Shown here: positions 1 through 12,180 of the stretch, in pieces
Position numbering within the stretch: position 1 is the stretch's first letter
Layout: each line of letters opens with the position of its first letter
Assembly: GCA_965235115.1 (NCBI GenBank)
Contig: OZ249438.1
Span: 9,610,001-9,674,000 of the forward strand
DNA from: Laetmonice hystrix
Lineage: Eukaryota
Length of the DNA: 64,000 nt
Reading direction: 5' to 3'
The notes under the pieces: generated by a model
The model's database searches: none
What the model saw: the letters and a program-made list of their open reading frames with translations, nothing else
What the model was told of the DNA's origin: nothing
Translations under genes and position numbers: made by a program

Positions 1-2131
1 TCTCTTTAATCATCGCTTTTGTTTTTGTCCCGGTCCGAGTGATGCACATCTACCAAAGAAAAAATAATGACATTCTTGATAGCGTTTCCATGTCGAGTTA
101 GGCAGGCTGCATGAATACGGTGTCATAAAAGTCGCGAATGAGGCCACTTTAAATGAGGCCCGTGTCACAGTGACGTCACCAAGGTCAGGGTTCAGAGGTC
201 AGTATAACGTCTCCAGGTCAACCTGTGTCAAGGTGTGATCGCTCTGCCGGTTTTTTTTCCTTAGGCCGTGAATACCGGTGTTGATATATGGAATGGTAAC
301 ACATGAGTTAATGATGACCTCATGAAGACCGCCTGGCAGTCATTGATGTGTAAATTAGGTGGGTTTGAAGAAATTAAACAACCGTACACTTCAGTCTCCT
401 TTATGATAGTTGGAAATGATGGGCGCGGAAATTGGGAACGGGAACTTTGGTTGTTTGGATTCTTGCCCGCCTTAATGACGTCCTTGTTAAACATTAAAGG
501 TTGGACTTAGCGAGAGAAAGCGAGGGGTAGCCTATGAACTCATGGTCTATGACCTGACGCTAAACTCTTGAAATCTTGATGTATCTTCTGAGTCAATATG
601 CGTAATTCTTGCTCTGTTTGAGTGAAGAACTCGCTAACGTTGTCGTCTGACTGTGTGTGGGGTGGGGGTGGGGGTGGGGGTGGGGGTAGTTTGGGGCGGG
701 GAAGGGGGGCTAGGGTGTTGGGGAGGGGGATAGTTGAGGTGAGAGGTCGTGCTGATTTGAAGTAGGAACGCCGGTTTATCGCGCTTATCATGGAGTTCTG
801 GCCCCAAGGTTAGATTAGGGGCTGCCAGGTGGCTTCCTGCTCGGAGTGGGGCAGACGGAGTGCTAGCAGACGGAGTGGACCAAGCCGAGTGGTGCATGGG
901 GTCGGATAGGTGGAGTTGTGGCCAAACAGTTTATTTCATATGTTTAGCACGCCAGGGCTGCTTAAGGTTACATTATGCCGTGATAAAAGCTGCATTATGA
1001 AAGTGTAATGCACCCCTAGTATAGAGGCCGGTTACAAATCTTGATGCAATGTTTGGAAAGGTAGCAGTGTGCTAAAGGGTCTCGACGGTGTTATGTTTTA
1101 TATAACCTCGGCTACACCTCGGACATATCACGGCATAAGACCGGCTCGGCCTCCATCATGCAATATCCACCAAATATCCTGCAGAGCAAATTGCTAGCGG
1201 AGTGGTGCGTCCAAATAAGAGTGGTTTCCCAAACGAAGAGGCAGTTCTGGAGTGGTGCCAGTAGTGGTGATGCGTCGGTCACAGCAGACCAGAATGTAAA
1301 CACTGAGGGCTTTAAGGGCCTTGGGACAAGTCGGCACAGTTCGTGACTTTAAACGGCAAACAATGGCCAATCAGCGGCTTATTGTTTCCATAGCACTTCG
1401 GTGTGGTCAGTTTGTTACAATGGGAGCCGGGGCATGTACTGGTGAGGCCGGCGGCGGTTGTCGGTCCAGGTGTGGCGGTCTCCGCCGTTCCAAACCGTAC
1501 TCCGGGAGGTTGGCTTCCCCAGCTGTTAGTATTTTGATTATCTCATACTTGAATATACGTCAGCCATTTCATAGTTGGCTATTGTGTTTGGACGAAGGTC
1601 GTTCAGCAGGCAGACGATCAGAGATTTCATTTCTTTGAGGGCAAAGTTTGGAAACTGCCACACACGATAAAGGAAGCCATGATGACAGAGAATGGAGACC
1701 GGTGGGGAGATGGGACTGGGACACCGGCCTCCTATTGGTCGGGGTTGGTGAGTCGAGGGAATTGGGTATGGGAGGGGGGGGGGGTCGGCCTGCCACCAGG
1801 GTTTGGCTGACGTACGGGGCTGGTCGACACCGGAGAATGGTTCACGTAACACCAAGCCCCGGAGGCGGCTGTCGTAACGAGCCGCCAACAAATGGTTTCC
1901 CCCAGCACCTGCCTCTGATGTCTATCAGCCGACTTTAAATATATTATAACTGGCCAGCTCGGGTCACAGACGGTGTAATTGGTGTTATGTAAGGCGGTGA
2001 ATGGTTGAAAGTTGGCAGTGTAAATGACACGCAAACTGTTAATAGGTTTATACCGTGGACAGCGGACACTGACACATTAACAATCAACACACTAAACACG
2101 CTGACGCTTACACACGCCTGGAATTGGTGCC

Positions 2132-2537
2132 GTGAACATAATGAGTTGGGCCTGTGAACACAATGATGAGCCTTGTCGGTACCGCGAACAAACTTAGAGT
2201 TGGTACTGTGAACATAATGAGTTGGGCCTGTGAACACAATGATGAGCCTTGTCGGTACCGCGAACAAACTTAGAGTTGGTACCGTCAACATAATGAGTTG
2301 GGCCTGTGAACACAATGATGGGCCTTGTTACCGCGAACAAACTTAGAGTTGGTACCGTGAACAAACTTAGAGTTGGTACCGTGAACATAATGAGTTGGGC
2401 CTGTGAACACAATGATGAGCCTTGTTGGTACCGCGAACAAACTTAGAGTTCGGTACCGTCAACATAATGAGTTGGGCCTGTGAACACAATGATGAGCCTT
2501 GTTGGTACCGCGAACAGAGTTGGTACCGGGAATATAA
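2132..2537. repeat. 76-bp minisatellite (~5 copies), interrupted by a MITE and resuming degenerately after 2867
   Basis: Unit starts at 2132, 2208, 2284; unit gtgaacataatgagttgggcctgtgaacacaatgatgagccttgtcggtaccgcgaacaaacttagagttggtacc. Confidence 0.9.
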
Positions 2538-2866
2538 GGCCAAAAAAATAGTTTCGTTTCTTGTCCTTTCATATAAAAAAAATGGGTGCGGTGACGCGGT
2601 TTTTTCATCTTTCTTTCTTTTTTTTTGATGCAACCAGACAATGGCCGATTCTCCGCAATGGCTGTTGGGTACATTAAGAAATCTTGAAGAAAAAACTGAT
2701 GCAATGATGTTCAATGTTTTCATTAAAGAATGTGCAAAACTGACACAAAAAAAGCAATAAGACTAACAGAAAAACGCCAACGCCAAAGAACCGTTGCAAA
2801 AGACTTGACGCGGAGGGTTTTAGGTGACGCGCGCGGAGACAAGAAACGAATCTATTTTTTTTTGCC
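2538..2866. mobile_element. 329-bp non-autonomous MITE, PIF/Harbinger-like
   Basis: Left end GGCCAAAAAAATAGTTTCGTTTCTTGTC; right end GACAAGAAACGAATCTATTTTTTTTTGCC (imperfect ~28-bp TIR). TAA on both sides (2535-2537, 2867-2869). Removing the element and one TAA restores the minisatellite unit. A 3-bp TAA TSD and GGC-starting TIR are typical of PIF/Harbinger. Confidence 0.8.
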
Positions 2867-4950
2867 TAATGAGTTGGGCCTGTGGACGACACAGTGATAG
2901 GTACAGTTGGTATCGTGAGAGTTGGTACCATGAATATACAGTACTGAGAGTTGGTACCGTAAACAAAGTGAGAGTTGCACCATGAAGACTAACTTTGAGG
3001 TCTCCTTCAAGGGGGGATCTATATTCATGACAATCCAGTCCAGTTAGAAGTATGGGATAGTTGGGTTTAGCCCGTCGGGCGATCCGTCAACTGGACCCTC
3101 TGTCACAGCCGTCACAGCCACGAGTGTCAGCGAGTTGGTGACTGGAGGAACAGGTCAGGTAGGTGACCTTCAAACAAAGCACACTCAGTGAAAGCGAACA
3201 GTGTGGTACTCGTTAAGTCACTGACCTAACTGCGGATACAGCACTGTTTGTACAGTGACGTGCCACTAGCACAGTCTACCGATATGTTATCGCTCCCAGG
3301 GCCTCTCCAGGCTGGTGTTCGTCACGGAGGTGACGTAACATGATGTAAGTGGTCGCCCTGGAGGGGGTCTCCACGGTAACCGGTTCCTCTGGGTCACGTG
3401 ACTTCCCTCCAGGCCGAGAGACGCTCGGGGCGACACCTAACGACGGACGCTAATAACATACAGGTCTCTGGTGTTCCATGCTTTTACCCAAAAAATATTG
3501 CAAAAAGTGCAACGGTACTGCGAGGCACCCGTGACTGTGGAGTAGACTGTGGATACGTCTGCTAATGAGTTCGTGTTCCTAAGAAAGAAAAGCCCGAAAG
3601 GAGGACTTTTTTTAAAACACAGTTAAATCTCTGTTATATTGTTTTTCTACCCATTCGAAGTAATCCAAATGGAAGATAATGAAAACACTTGAATTCCTAA
3701 CGGTATACTACCTAGTAGAAATACTAATCCGTAACCGTCAGTGTATTCAAGTCAGATGGATTCCATTCCTTAGGTAAAGAGACTTGGAAGTTGTTAAACT
3801 GAAAAGCGGTACTGTGCTCAAGTTTGTATCTTGAGGATTTCCAGTGCTGTGTTTACAGTTGTGTGGTTTGTTAGACACGACTGCCCAGTCAGGTGCCCTC
3901 CTACCTACCGCCCACCCAGACGACCACCTCCGACCCTCCTGTGTTTACCAATAAAGATCTCCACCTCCTCAACTCATCCGAAGTGACACGTAAAGTGTCT
4001 GGAGTTTGTCGGGGCGCTGTAGGGTAAAACGTGCAGGTCGGTCGTAAGGGGCCTACTATAGGAGGGCGTGTAGCTCCCCGGGTAGGAGAAGGGGGGAGTG
4101 GAGGGGGGGTGCAATCCCCCTTATCCACCCTATCCCACTTGAGCCCAGCCGCGGCGTGATTTACGCGTGTACCTCGTCAGGTTGCGTCATAAAGTCGCCG
4201 ACATAATCAGTTCGCCCCCAGATGTCCTCCGCTCGCCCAGCCCCCAGTAAAAGCCCACTTGAGACAAAATCATTTTTTCCGTTTAAGTGGTTACCTTGAG
4301 CATTTATTTAGAGGCATGGATTTACAAGGGGTTGTAAAAATGTTGCCATAAGTTTTGTCGTAATTTGTCTTCAGCATGAGGAGCGTCCGGGAAGCCATCG
4401 AGTGGTGGCGGGTGTAGATTACGAGGGGGATGTTGTGTCGCTCCATGACGGTGGGCAAACCGTCCTCCTCCAGGGCTGATGTCTGGGTGGCTGGGCCTAG
4501 AGAAGGGGGGCTGGGTCTGGCCCGTCCATCCCAGCCGTCACCCTGCCCGCTCCGCCGGTCTCTTTGATCCGCTTGTTGTTGGATATAGGAAGTCCAGCCC
4601 GGCAGGTGTGTCTGGGCCAGTCATTGTGGTTGGCGGATCTGGGTCAAGGTGTCGTGTGGCCAGGTAAATCTGGGTCAAGGTGTCGTGTGGCAGGGTGATC
4701 TAGGTCAAGCTGTCGGGCGGTTGGATATACTGTGGCCCTCAGTCTGAACAGCATACAAGGTGTCGTAACGACCGCTAACGACCCGATCCGACCCGATTCA
4801 GTCTGCCCGATGTCCTTTTATTGTGGCTAAACGTTATTCGAGCTCACCGTGTCACCCAAAGCTGTTCCCAGCAGGGTGTCTGTCACACTGAGGTGACAAA
4901 CAAACCCATCTTACTTATAGCATAGCATCAGGTCGTGCCAACGACCGTGG

Positions 4951-5104
4951 CCCAGCGGTCTGCCAGCCGTGGCCCGGCGGTCTGCCAGCCGTGGCCCGGC
5001 GGTCTGTCAGCCGTCCCCCGGCGGTCTGCCAGCCGTCCCCAGCGGTCTGCCAGCCGTCTCCCGGCGGTCTGCCAGCCGCCCCCCAGCGGTCTGCCAGCCG
5101 TGGC
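4951..5104. repeat. ~22-bp GC-rich minisatellite
   Basis: Tandem gcggtctgccagccgtggcccg-like units, ~7 copies. Confidence 0.8.
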
Positions 5105-5595
5105 CCGGCCCTCAGCCCGGCCCTCAGCCCGGCCGCACGTAGCCGGGCCCCTACACCCAGATTACATCAGGAGGTGGCTCCGTGCGTGGATGTAATTACG
5201 ATTTACAATATTCTGACAGCGGGCAGTGTGGAGGAGAGGTACTAGAGAGGTTTGTAGTTGGGTCTCCACCGGCCAACACTGCCGAGACACGGCCAGGCAG
5301 AGCCTAATCACATTAGATCCCTTACTCCCAGCAAGCTAATTACAGCCATTTACATTTTACTGCTCCCTACTTGAGTGTATTATTGAATAGAGATGTGGCG
5401 GGCGGTGGGTGTGTTAGTTCGGCTCCGTGTTACGGGCTGGGTGTTTAGGTGGTGAGGGTCGCTGTTTGACTGCCGCCCTGGAGGAGCCCTGCTCCAGGCG
5501 GTGTGTATGGAGACTGGTGGGCATTCATGCAGCCTCCATTCAGCTAGGATCCTTTTAAATCGCGTCGGAGTACAATCACGGCTGGGGCCGAGCGA

Positions 5596-5957
5596 AATCA
5601 CGGCTCCGGCCTAGTCTAATCACGGCTCCGGCCTAGTCCAATCACGGCTCAGGCCTAGTCCAATCACGGCTCAGGCCTAGTCCAATCACGGCTCAGGCCT
5701 AGTCCAATCACGGCTCAGGCCTAGTCCAATCACGGCTCAGGCCTAGTCCAATCACGGCTCAGGCCTAGTCCAATCACGGCTCAGGCCTAGTCCAATCACG
5801 GCTCAGGCCTAGTCCAATCACGGCTCCGGCCTAGTCCAATCACGGCTCAGGCCTAGTCCAATCACGGCTCAGGCCTAGTCCAATCACGGCTCAGGCCTAG
5901 TCCAATCACGGCTCAGGCCTAGTCCAATCACGGCTCAGGCCTAGTCCAATCACGGCT
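5596..5957. repeat. 22-bp minisatellite (16.4 copies) carrying CCAAT
   Basis: Near-perfect tandem aatcacggctcaggcctagtcc. Confidence 0.95.
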
Positions 5958-7479
5958 ATAGGGCGGCGGACACATGGACAACATCTGATTCCTGTACAGC
6001 TGGAACAACTTCTAACGGAAACGAAATAAATATCTCCCCATGTACCAACTTGGCAAGTCTCTTTCTATCTTTTTTCCCCCAACATTTTTTTCTCAAGCTT
6101 TGAAATGGATTTTGAGTGGTCATCGCGTCCCTTTGTGTTTGAAGGAGAAAGTACGCTATCGGTGTGATATACAACCTGCCCACTCGGCTCGGTTCTCAGG
6201 GAATCATATCTAACGGTAGGCTCACATTAATCATCGCTTCACTGGTTGCCGACTCTTTGTTTTGTCATCAGAACGTTTCTCATACTCCGGACCCGGACGC
6301 TCGCCATAAATCTGCTCCTAGTGTTTAATCACGGCTGACTCAGACTTTGTTGTATATTGGCGGTAAATGATACACAGGGCCTGGGGGTTGGTGGTTAGGT
6401 CGGGGAGGGGTGGGTGGGTCAGGTGTGTACGGTAGTCTCTGAATGGTGACCGGGTCCGGGGATCGAACACGCCGCCATGATCGTAGCTGGGGAAGGGGAA
6501 TGTTTGAGGCCCTGCCAGGGCTGTCCCCCCCTCCCTGCCTATATTGATGGAGGGGGTCAAGGTGACATAATGAATTGCCCGCTGCCACCCCATGCTGAGG
6601 TGAGCAGAGCGGCGGGGACGGCTGCCCCGGCAACTGTCGGACTAATTACTGCCCGTCCGGGACCGATGGCGGAATATCCCGGAGATTGTTCGGGGAGGGG
6701 TCGGTCTGCGGGGAAAAGTGCTTTAATATCGGAACAATTTACGTTATAGGCCTACTGCTTGGTCTTGGGTGTCTGTGTGTGTGTTAGGGGTGGGGGTGGG
6801 GGGCTGAGAGGGTTGTATGCTGAACAAATGAAGGATGCTCTACTCTTGCAGTTACTTCGGTATGGACACAGATCACAGATTCTAGTCACACCACAGATTC
6901 AGACCATAGATTCTCTATGGAGTTGATGTCCGCCTACGAGTGGTCACCACAACGTGGGCGTGGCCCTTGGCCCCTCCGGCCATTCCGTCGGCAGGCCCTC
7001 CGTGGCCCTCCGTGGCCCTCTGTGGCTCCTAGAGCGGAACTCGTGAGACCGGCCCCGGACCATCTGATAATGTTGTCGGGGTAAAGGCAGCTGCCCGCCC
7101 CCCGCCGACCCCCAGTACCCACGTGTTACCCCCTGAATCGGGACTCGTTTTAATGAGAAGCAGCCCCTTGATTGTGACATGCACATTAGGGTGGGGCATT
7201 AGCATTCATCAACGTGCCCCTAAGTATGTGCCTATCAGGCTAATATAAGCAGTGTGAGTGGGGGGGGGGGAGGGTAGGAGGGGTTCCCCCACAGACCTGA
7301 TAGAGGTGGCCACAGGCACTCAGCCAAGAGCCAGTCAGTGAAGCAGGCGGGATTTCACAGACTCGACCAAGGCGAGCAGTTTGTACTCTGACTTGGAGTG
7401 CTCGAGTCAAGTTTGCTCGAGGGAAGCCGAGTGTACGATCAGTTGGCGGTGTTTGGGTCGCCACGTGCACGCCAGCACC

Positions 7480-7791
7480 TGGCCCCGTGCCTCTACACGT
7501 ACGGATAGAGAGAGATAGAGAGCTGACTGACTCCCCGGGCGGGTAGGCAGGCAGGGAGGCAGGCACACACACAGTTAGCCTCAGTCAGGACAGTTGGCAG
7601 TCGGTCGTGGACCACTCTCTAACCTCCCGACCTGCCTCTGGACCAAGCAGGACACCAAGCAACATCCCGTTGTGTCCAACAACAACTGACCGACCGACAC
7701 ACCGACTTTACGAACGGACTGCTCTCAACTCGAGCCCTTTGTCGTGTCGACTGCGTGCCTGAGTGAATCTGAGAGCCTGCTTGCTGCCATC
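7480..7791 (+). promoter_or_regulatory. Putative core promoter / 5' UTR of PTK7-like gene
   Basis: GC-rich stretch directly upstream of the ATG with a GAGA-like run (~7506-7522), GC-box-like gggcggg and an Inr-like TCAGTC at 7581-7586. TSS not demonstrable from sequence. Confidence 0.35.
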
Positions 7792-8161
7792 ATGGCGGCC
7801 GTACCCTTCCAAAGTACACACCTCCTAACTGTTCTCTTCTTGATTTCCACTTTTCTAGCAGTCACCAAGAGTCGTCAACAGGACAACTTCTACTTTGATC
7901 CAGCTCCCATCAACCAGGAGGTAATCGAGGGGCGGGAGACCCGCTTACGCTGTGATGTCTCGAACAGAAAACATATCCGATTTTACTGGAGCTTGAACAA
8001 CAAACAATTAAGCAATACGAGCAGGCGCTTCCAGGATGATAGTGACTTAAGGATTTTACGTGTGAACCGGGGCGAAGACTCGGGTTCCTACCGGTGTATC
8101 GCTACTAATGTAACGACGGGAGTGTCGCTCAGGAGTACGGAATCCCAGCTCAACATTTTAT
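7792..8161 (+). CDS. PTK7: PTK7/off-track-like receptor, coding exon 1: signal peptide + Ig domain 1
   Basis: ATG in strong context (atcATGG). Hydrophobic leader MAAVPFQSTHLLTVLFLISTFLAVTKS is followed by an Ig fold with hallmarks LRCDV, FYWSLN, DSGSYRC, two N-glycan sequons (NTS, NVT) and terminal LNIL. Donor T|GTAAGT at 8161/8162 (phase 1). Family call rests on recalled similarity to PTK7/Otk Ig1 and the LNI-x-W junction, not on a database search. Confidence 0.85.
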
Positions 8162-11085
8162 GTAAGTACCTGGTTTCTTTTATATTAAAGTCAGCGCCGC
8201 GGAGACCGGCCTGGCTTCCTTCAACTGTCCTCTTTGTTATAGTTATACCATGGTTGTTTTTTATAAATCGCATGTCTTGATCCTAAGGTGAGTTTTTTTT
8301 CTGTTTTGTTTGCTGTGTACAGTATCAGAGTTGAAGTATATGTTTATCAGACAACATTGAATGAGTGGTATATTCCAGCGATCAGGTGGTATATACCTGG
8401 TATATTGTCAACAATACCGGCACCTCCCTTCAAAAAGAGCCGTTTTACTGGCGCCCCGGGGGTGCCAGGGGTACCGGGGAGTGGCGGGGAAGTCTCTATA
8501 CGAACCGTGCCGTACCGATGGCGAATCATTCACGTCAACTTTGAGCTCACTGTCAGCCACGACACCGGAGAAAATAACAAAATAACGGAGGCTCCGACAC
8601 GTAGCTGTCTCGGCTCAGTCGTGTAGTCATAGACCAGCTGCACTCAAACCATCAGAGGTCATCGCCATTTAACTACCTTGACTGGCCCATAGATTTGGCG
8701 TTTAACTACACTGTATAGTAGGCCCATAAATCATTCTCCCAACTCTTGGCTATTCTCCGTGCAGACCGAGCCCAGAGTCATCCAGCTTAATGCAGCCGTA
8801 CGGTAAACAAAGGTTGCCCCTCAAGGTGTTGGGGCAAAATTTGAACAACTTTTTGATGTTGTCAGGTTGGATGAGCTAAACTGGTGTTTTGAAGGGGGCG
8901 GGGGGGGGGGGGGTGAGGGCCGGGGTCAGGGGTAGTGATCTGCCGGGCGGGCAGGCAGGCAGACCGGGCGGCCCGCTATCGGCGGTCAGTCAGTGAGGAA
9001 TGTAATTGACGGGAAGCAGGCTTCAGTGGGGAAGGAGAATAACAGTCTTCTTTACGGGAGAGACGGGGCCAGGAGGTTAGAGGTGGGGTAAGGGGGTGGG
9101 GGTGGGGTAAGGGGGTGGGTGGGGTAGAGGGGAGGGAGTCGGTGGTCATTGGGTGGGAGGTATGCAGGGCATTCGGCCATGTCTGTAGGCTTTGTTTGGG
9201 TGCCATGGTGACTGGACCCAAACAGTCGCACACCTCCTCATGTAAAGCCGACAGCAGCCGGTGTGCTCGCTCGTTAGAGATGCTGTCATCGTAGACGGCA
9301 AGTCATTAACGGAATATTGATTGCTGGCTTCTTTCAATACAATGGAATGGAATGTAGGCATGGATAAAAGGAATAGAGACATCAAAATATAACACCTAAG
9401 ATAAAGAGAGTTGGAGAATAGGGTTCTCTGCTCGTGAGAGATTGAGACGTAACTGGGGCGCCACAAGGACAGAAAAAAATACTAGTTTTCCCCCAATGCG
9501 AGAGGGAAGGGCAATTGGGAATATAGGTCTTTCAGTATTTGCCTCATGCTTTCTGATGTAGGGGGTTGGCCGAGTAGGCAACGGGGGCAACATGTGTGAA
9601 GGGGGTATGTTTGGTCCCCCTCTATTCGACAGGTCAGTATATACCCCCCCTACCACCACCACCACCACCACCACCACCACCAGCCTTGGTTTACTAAACC
9701 CTGCACACATGTATTTATCCAAGCTTGCATACACATGTGGCTTGCCTCAACAATACACTCTGGTTAATGCACACGAAGCAGGCAAGCAAAAACTCAGAAA
9801 GATTCTAATCTAACTCCTATATTTTCTTCCCGCACAAAGTTTCTCGTGAAGAAAATTGCTCAATCAGACTATCAAGTTGGTTCTTTGAATCCTATAATTT
9901 TTTCCACAAACTGACTTCCTGTTATTGCCTTGGACGGGCCTCAAAAGCACCACAGGAGAAAACCATGTGACTTTGATTCATGGAATGTTCAAAAATGTAT
10001 TTTTTAAAAAGCTCTCAAAGTTGTAACCGATTTATACAAGTGTTTCCTGAAGGACCGTTCGCATTCCGAAATATGACTTTCATGATCGGTTTTAAACATC
10101 AGCCTTTGGAAATATACAAAAAAAGTAGAAATTGGAGGTAAAATTAAAAAGGTTTCTTATTTAGAGAAGTGCTTTTGGGCTTTGTGTTGGCGTGAATGGG
10201 AGCGCTACCCCAGAGAGCCATTCACATGGGCCTGTCATGGAAACCCCCACCACCGCATCCGAATCATGATCAAATATTAATATACAGACTTTGTTCAAAC
10301 AAAATATCATTGACAGTGGGTTTGCTGAGGGTTTGGTTTCAGGTAGGGAGAGTTTACCCGCTGGTTGTCTCTGGAGTGGCCGAGTGGGGTCGGGGGGGGG
10401 GGGGGGTTCATGCAAGGGGGGGGGGGGGGGGGTGGCTGGAGCTCCCAGCCGGGCTAGGGACCTCACGTCTAAACACAACCGGACCGCGGTCCACATGGCC
10501 GCCCCTAATACACCCAGATCTAGATCCCGAAATATTGGCACACCAGAGCAGGCTTTGTTGCATGCGTCCTGAAGTATTAGTTTTCACTTGAAGCACGAAG
10601 GACTGGCGGAGAGCGCCAGTAGTACTTCATGTTAGCCGAGCTAGAAACCAGTAGGCCTGACGATTATGTTGGGCTTGTCATGATAAGGAAACAGGGAAAT
10701 CCATTTTTTGTTGCTGTTTGTTAAATTTCTGCTCTCAAAGGCAGCTGTCTCCGCTGGGTTTGTTGCCTTCAGAGAATGCGGTTCTGAGACACAAAGCCCC
10801 TTTCATAATGCCATGAACATGATAATTCTAATGTTATGTGCATTTCTGATTCTTTTGTCTGTATTTCTGATTCAAATGAATGCATGCATGAAGCACAAAT
10901 AAACGGAGTTCAACTATCAAACAGAAATATCAGAGTCATGAACAGTAACTGAAGATAGGCGAATCCTATCCCAGCAGCTGGGGGAGAGGAGGAATTCCGT
11001 GCCCAGGTTCGGTAAGAATAGATGGCTGTGTGCTTTGGGAACACAAGGAGGGGGGGGGGGGGGGGTGGAGCCTGGAGTTAGGGTT

Positions 11086-12180
11086 AGTGAGGGACCAGTA
11101 CAGGCTGTCTGTCTGGTCCCTTACTGTGTCAGTCAGGGACCAGTACAGACTGTCGGAGGACGCTGTGGGCCGGTGTGTCAGTCAGGGACCAGGCTGTCTG
11201 TCGGAGGACACTGTGGGCCGGTGTGTCAGTCAGGGACCAGGCTGTCTGTCGGAGGACACTGTGGGCCGGTGTGTCAGTCAGGGACCAGTATAGACTGTCG
11301 GAGGACACTGTGGGCCGGTGTGTCAGTCAGGGACCAGTACAGACTGGCTGTCGGAGGACACTGTGGGCCGGTGTGTCAGTCAGGGACCAGTCTGTCTGTC
11401 GGAGGACACTGTGGGCCGGTGTGTCAGTCAGGGACCAGTCTGTCTGTCGGAGGACACTGTGGGCCGGTGTGTCAGTCAGGGACCAGTACAGACTGGCTGT
11501 CGGAGGACACTGTGGGCCGGTGTGTCAGTCAGGGACCAGTACAGACTGGCTGTCGGAGGACACTGTGGGCCGGTGTGTCAGTCAGGGACCAGTCTGTCTG
11601 TCGGAGGACACTGTGGGCCGGTGTGTCAGTCAGGGACCAGTCTGTCTGTCGGAGGACACTGTGGGCCGGTGTGTCAGTCAGGGACCAGTCTGTCTGTCGG
11701 ATGACACTGTGGGCCGGTGTGTCAGTCAGGGACCAGTCTGTCTGTCGGAGGACACTGTGGGCCGGTGTGTCAGTGAGGGACCAGTACAGACTGTCTGTCG
11801 GAGGACACTGTGGGCCGGTGTGTCAGTCAGGGACCAGTCTGTCTGTCGGAGGACACTGTGGGCCGGTGTGTCAGTCAGGGACCAGTACAGGCTGTCTGTC
11901 GGAGGACACTGTGGGCCGGTGTGTCATTCAGGGACCAGTATAGACTGTCTGTCGGAGGACACTGTGGGCCGGTGTGTCAGCCAGGGACCAGTATAGACTG
12001 TCTGTCGGAGGACACTGTGGGCCGGTGTGTCAGTCAGGGACCAGTACAGACTGTCTGTGGGAGGACACTGTGGGCCAGTGTGTCAGTCAGGGACCAGTAC
12101 AGGCTGTCTGTCGGAGGACACTGTGGGCCGGTGTGTCAGTCAGGGACCAGTACAGGCTGTCTGTCGGAGGACATTGTGTG
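11086..12180. repeat. Minisatellite with ~41-51-bp length variants
   Basis: Core ctgtcggaggacactgtgggccggtgtgtcagtcagggaccag with variable linkers (tctgt / tacagactgg / tatagact). Confidence 0.95.

Noticed and set aside
261-1940. Run of short ORFs on both strands, one with a vaguely RING-like PVSILCHHGF
   Set aside because: They do not join into a coherent frame, the zinc ligands are incomplete, and the Pro-rich parts derive from G-run microsatellites.
7744-7791. N-terminal extension from the ORF-track start at 7744
   Set aside because: Non-ATG start; the ATG at 7792 has strong context and directly begins the signal peptide.
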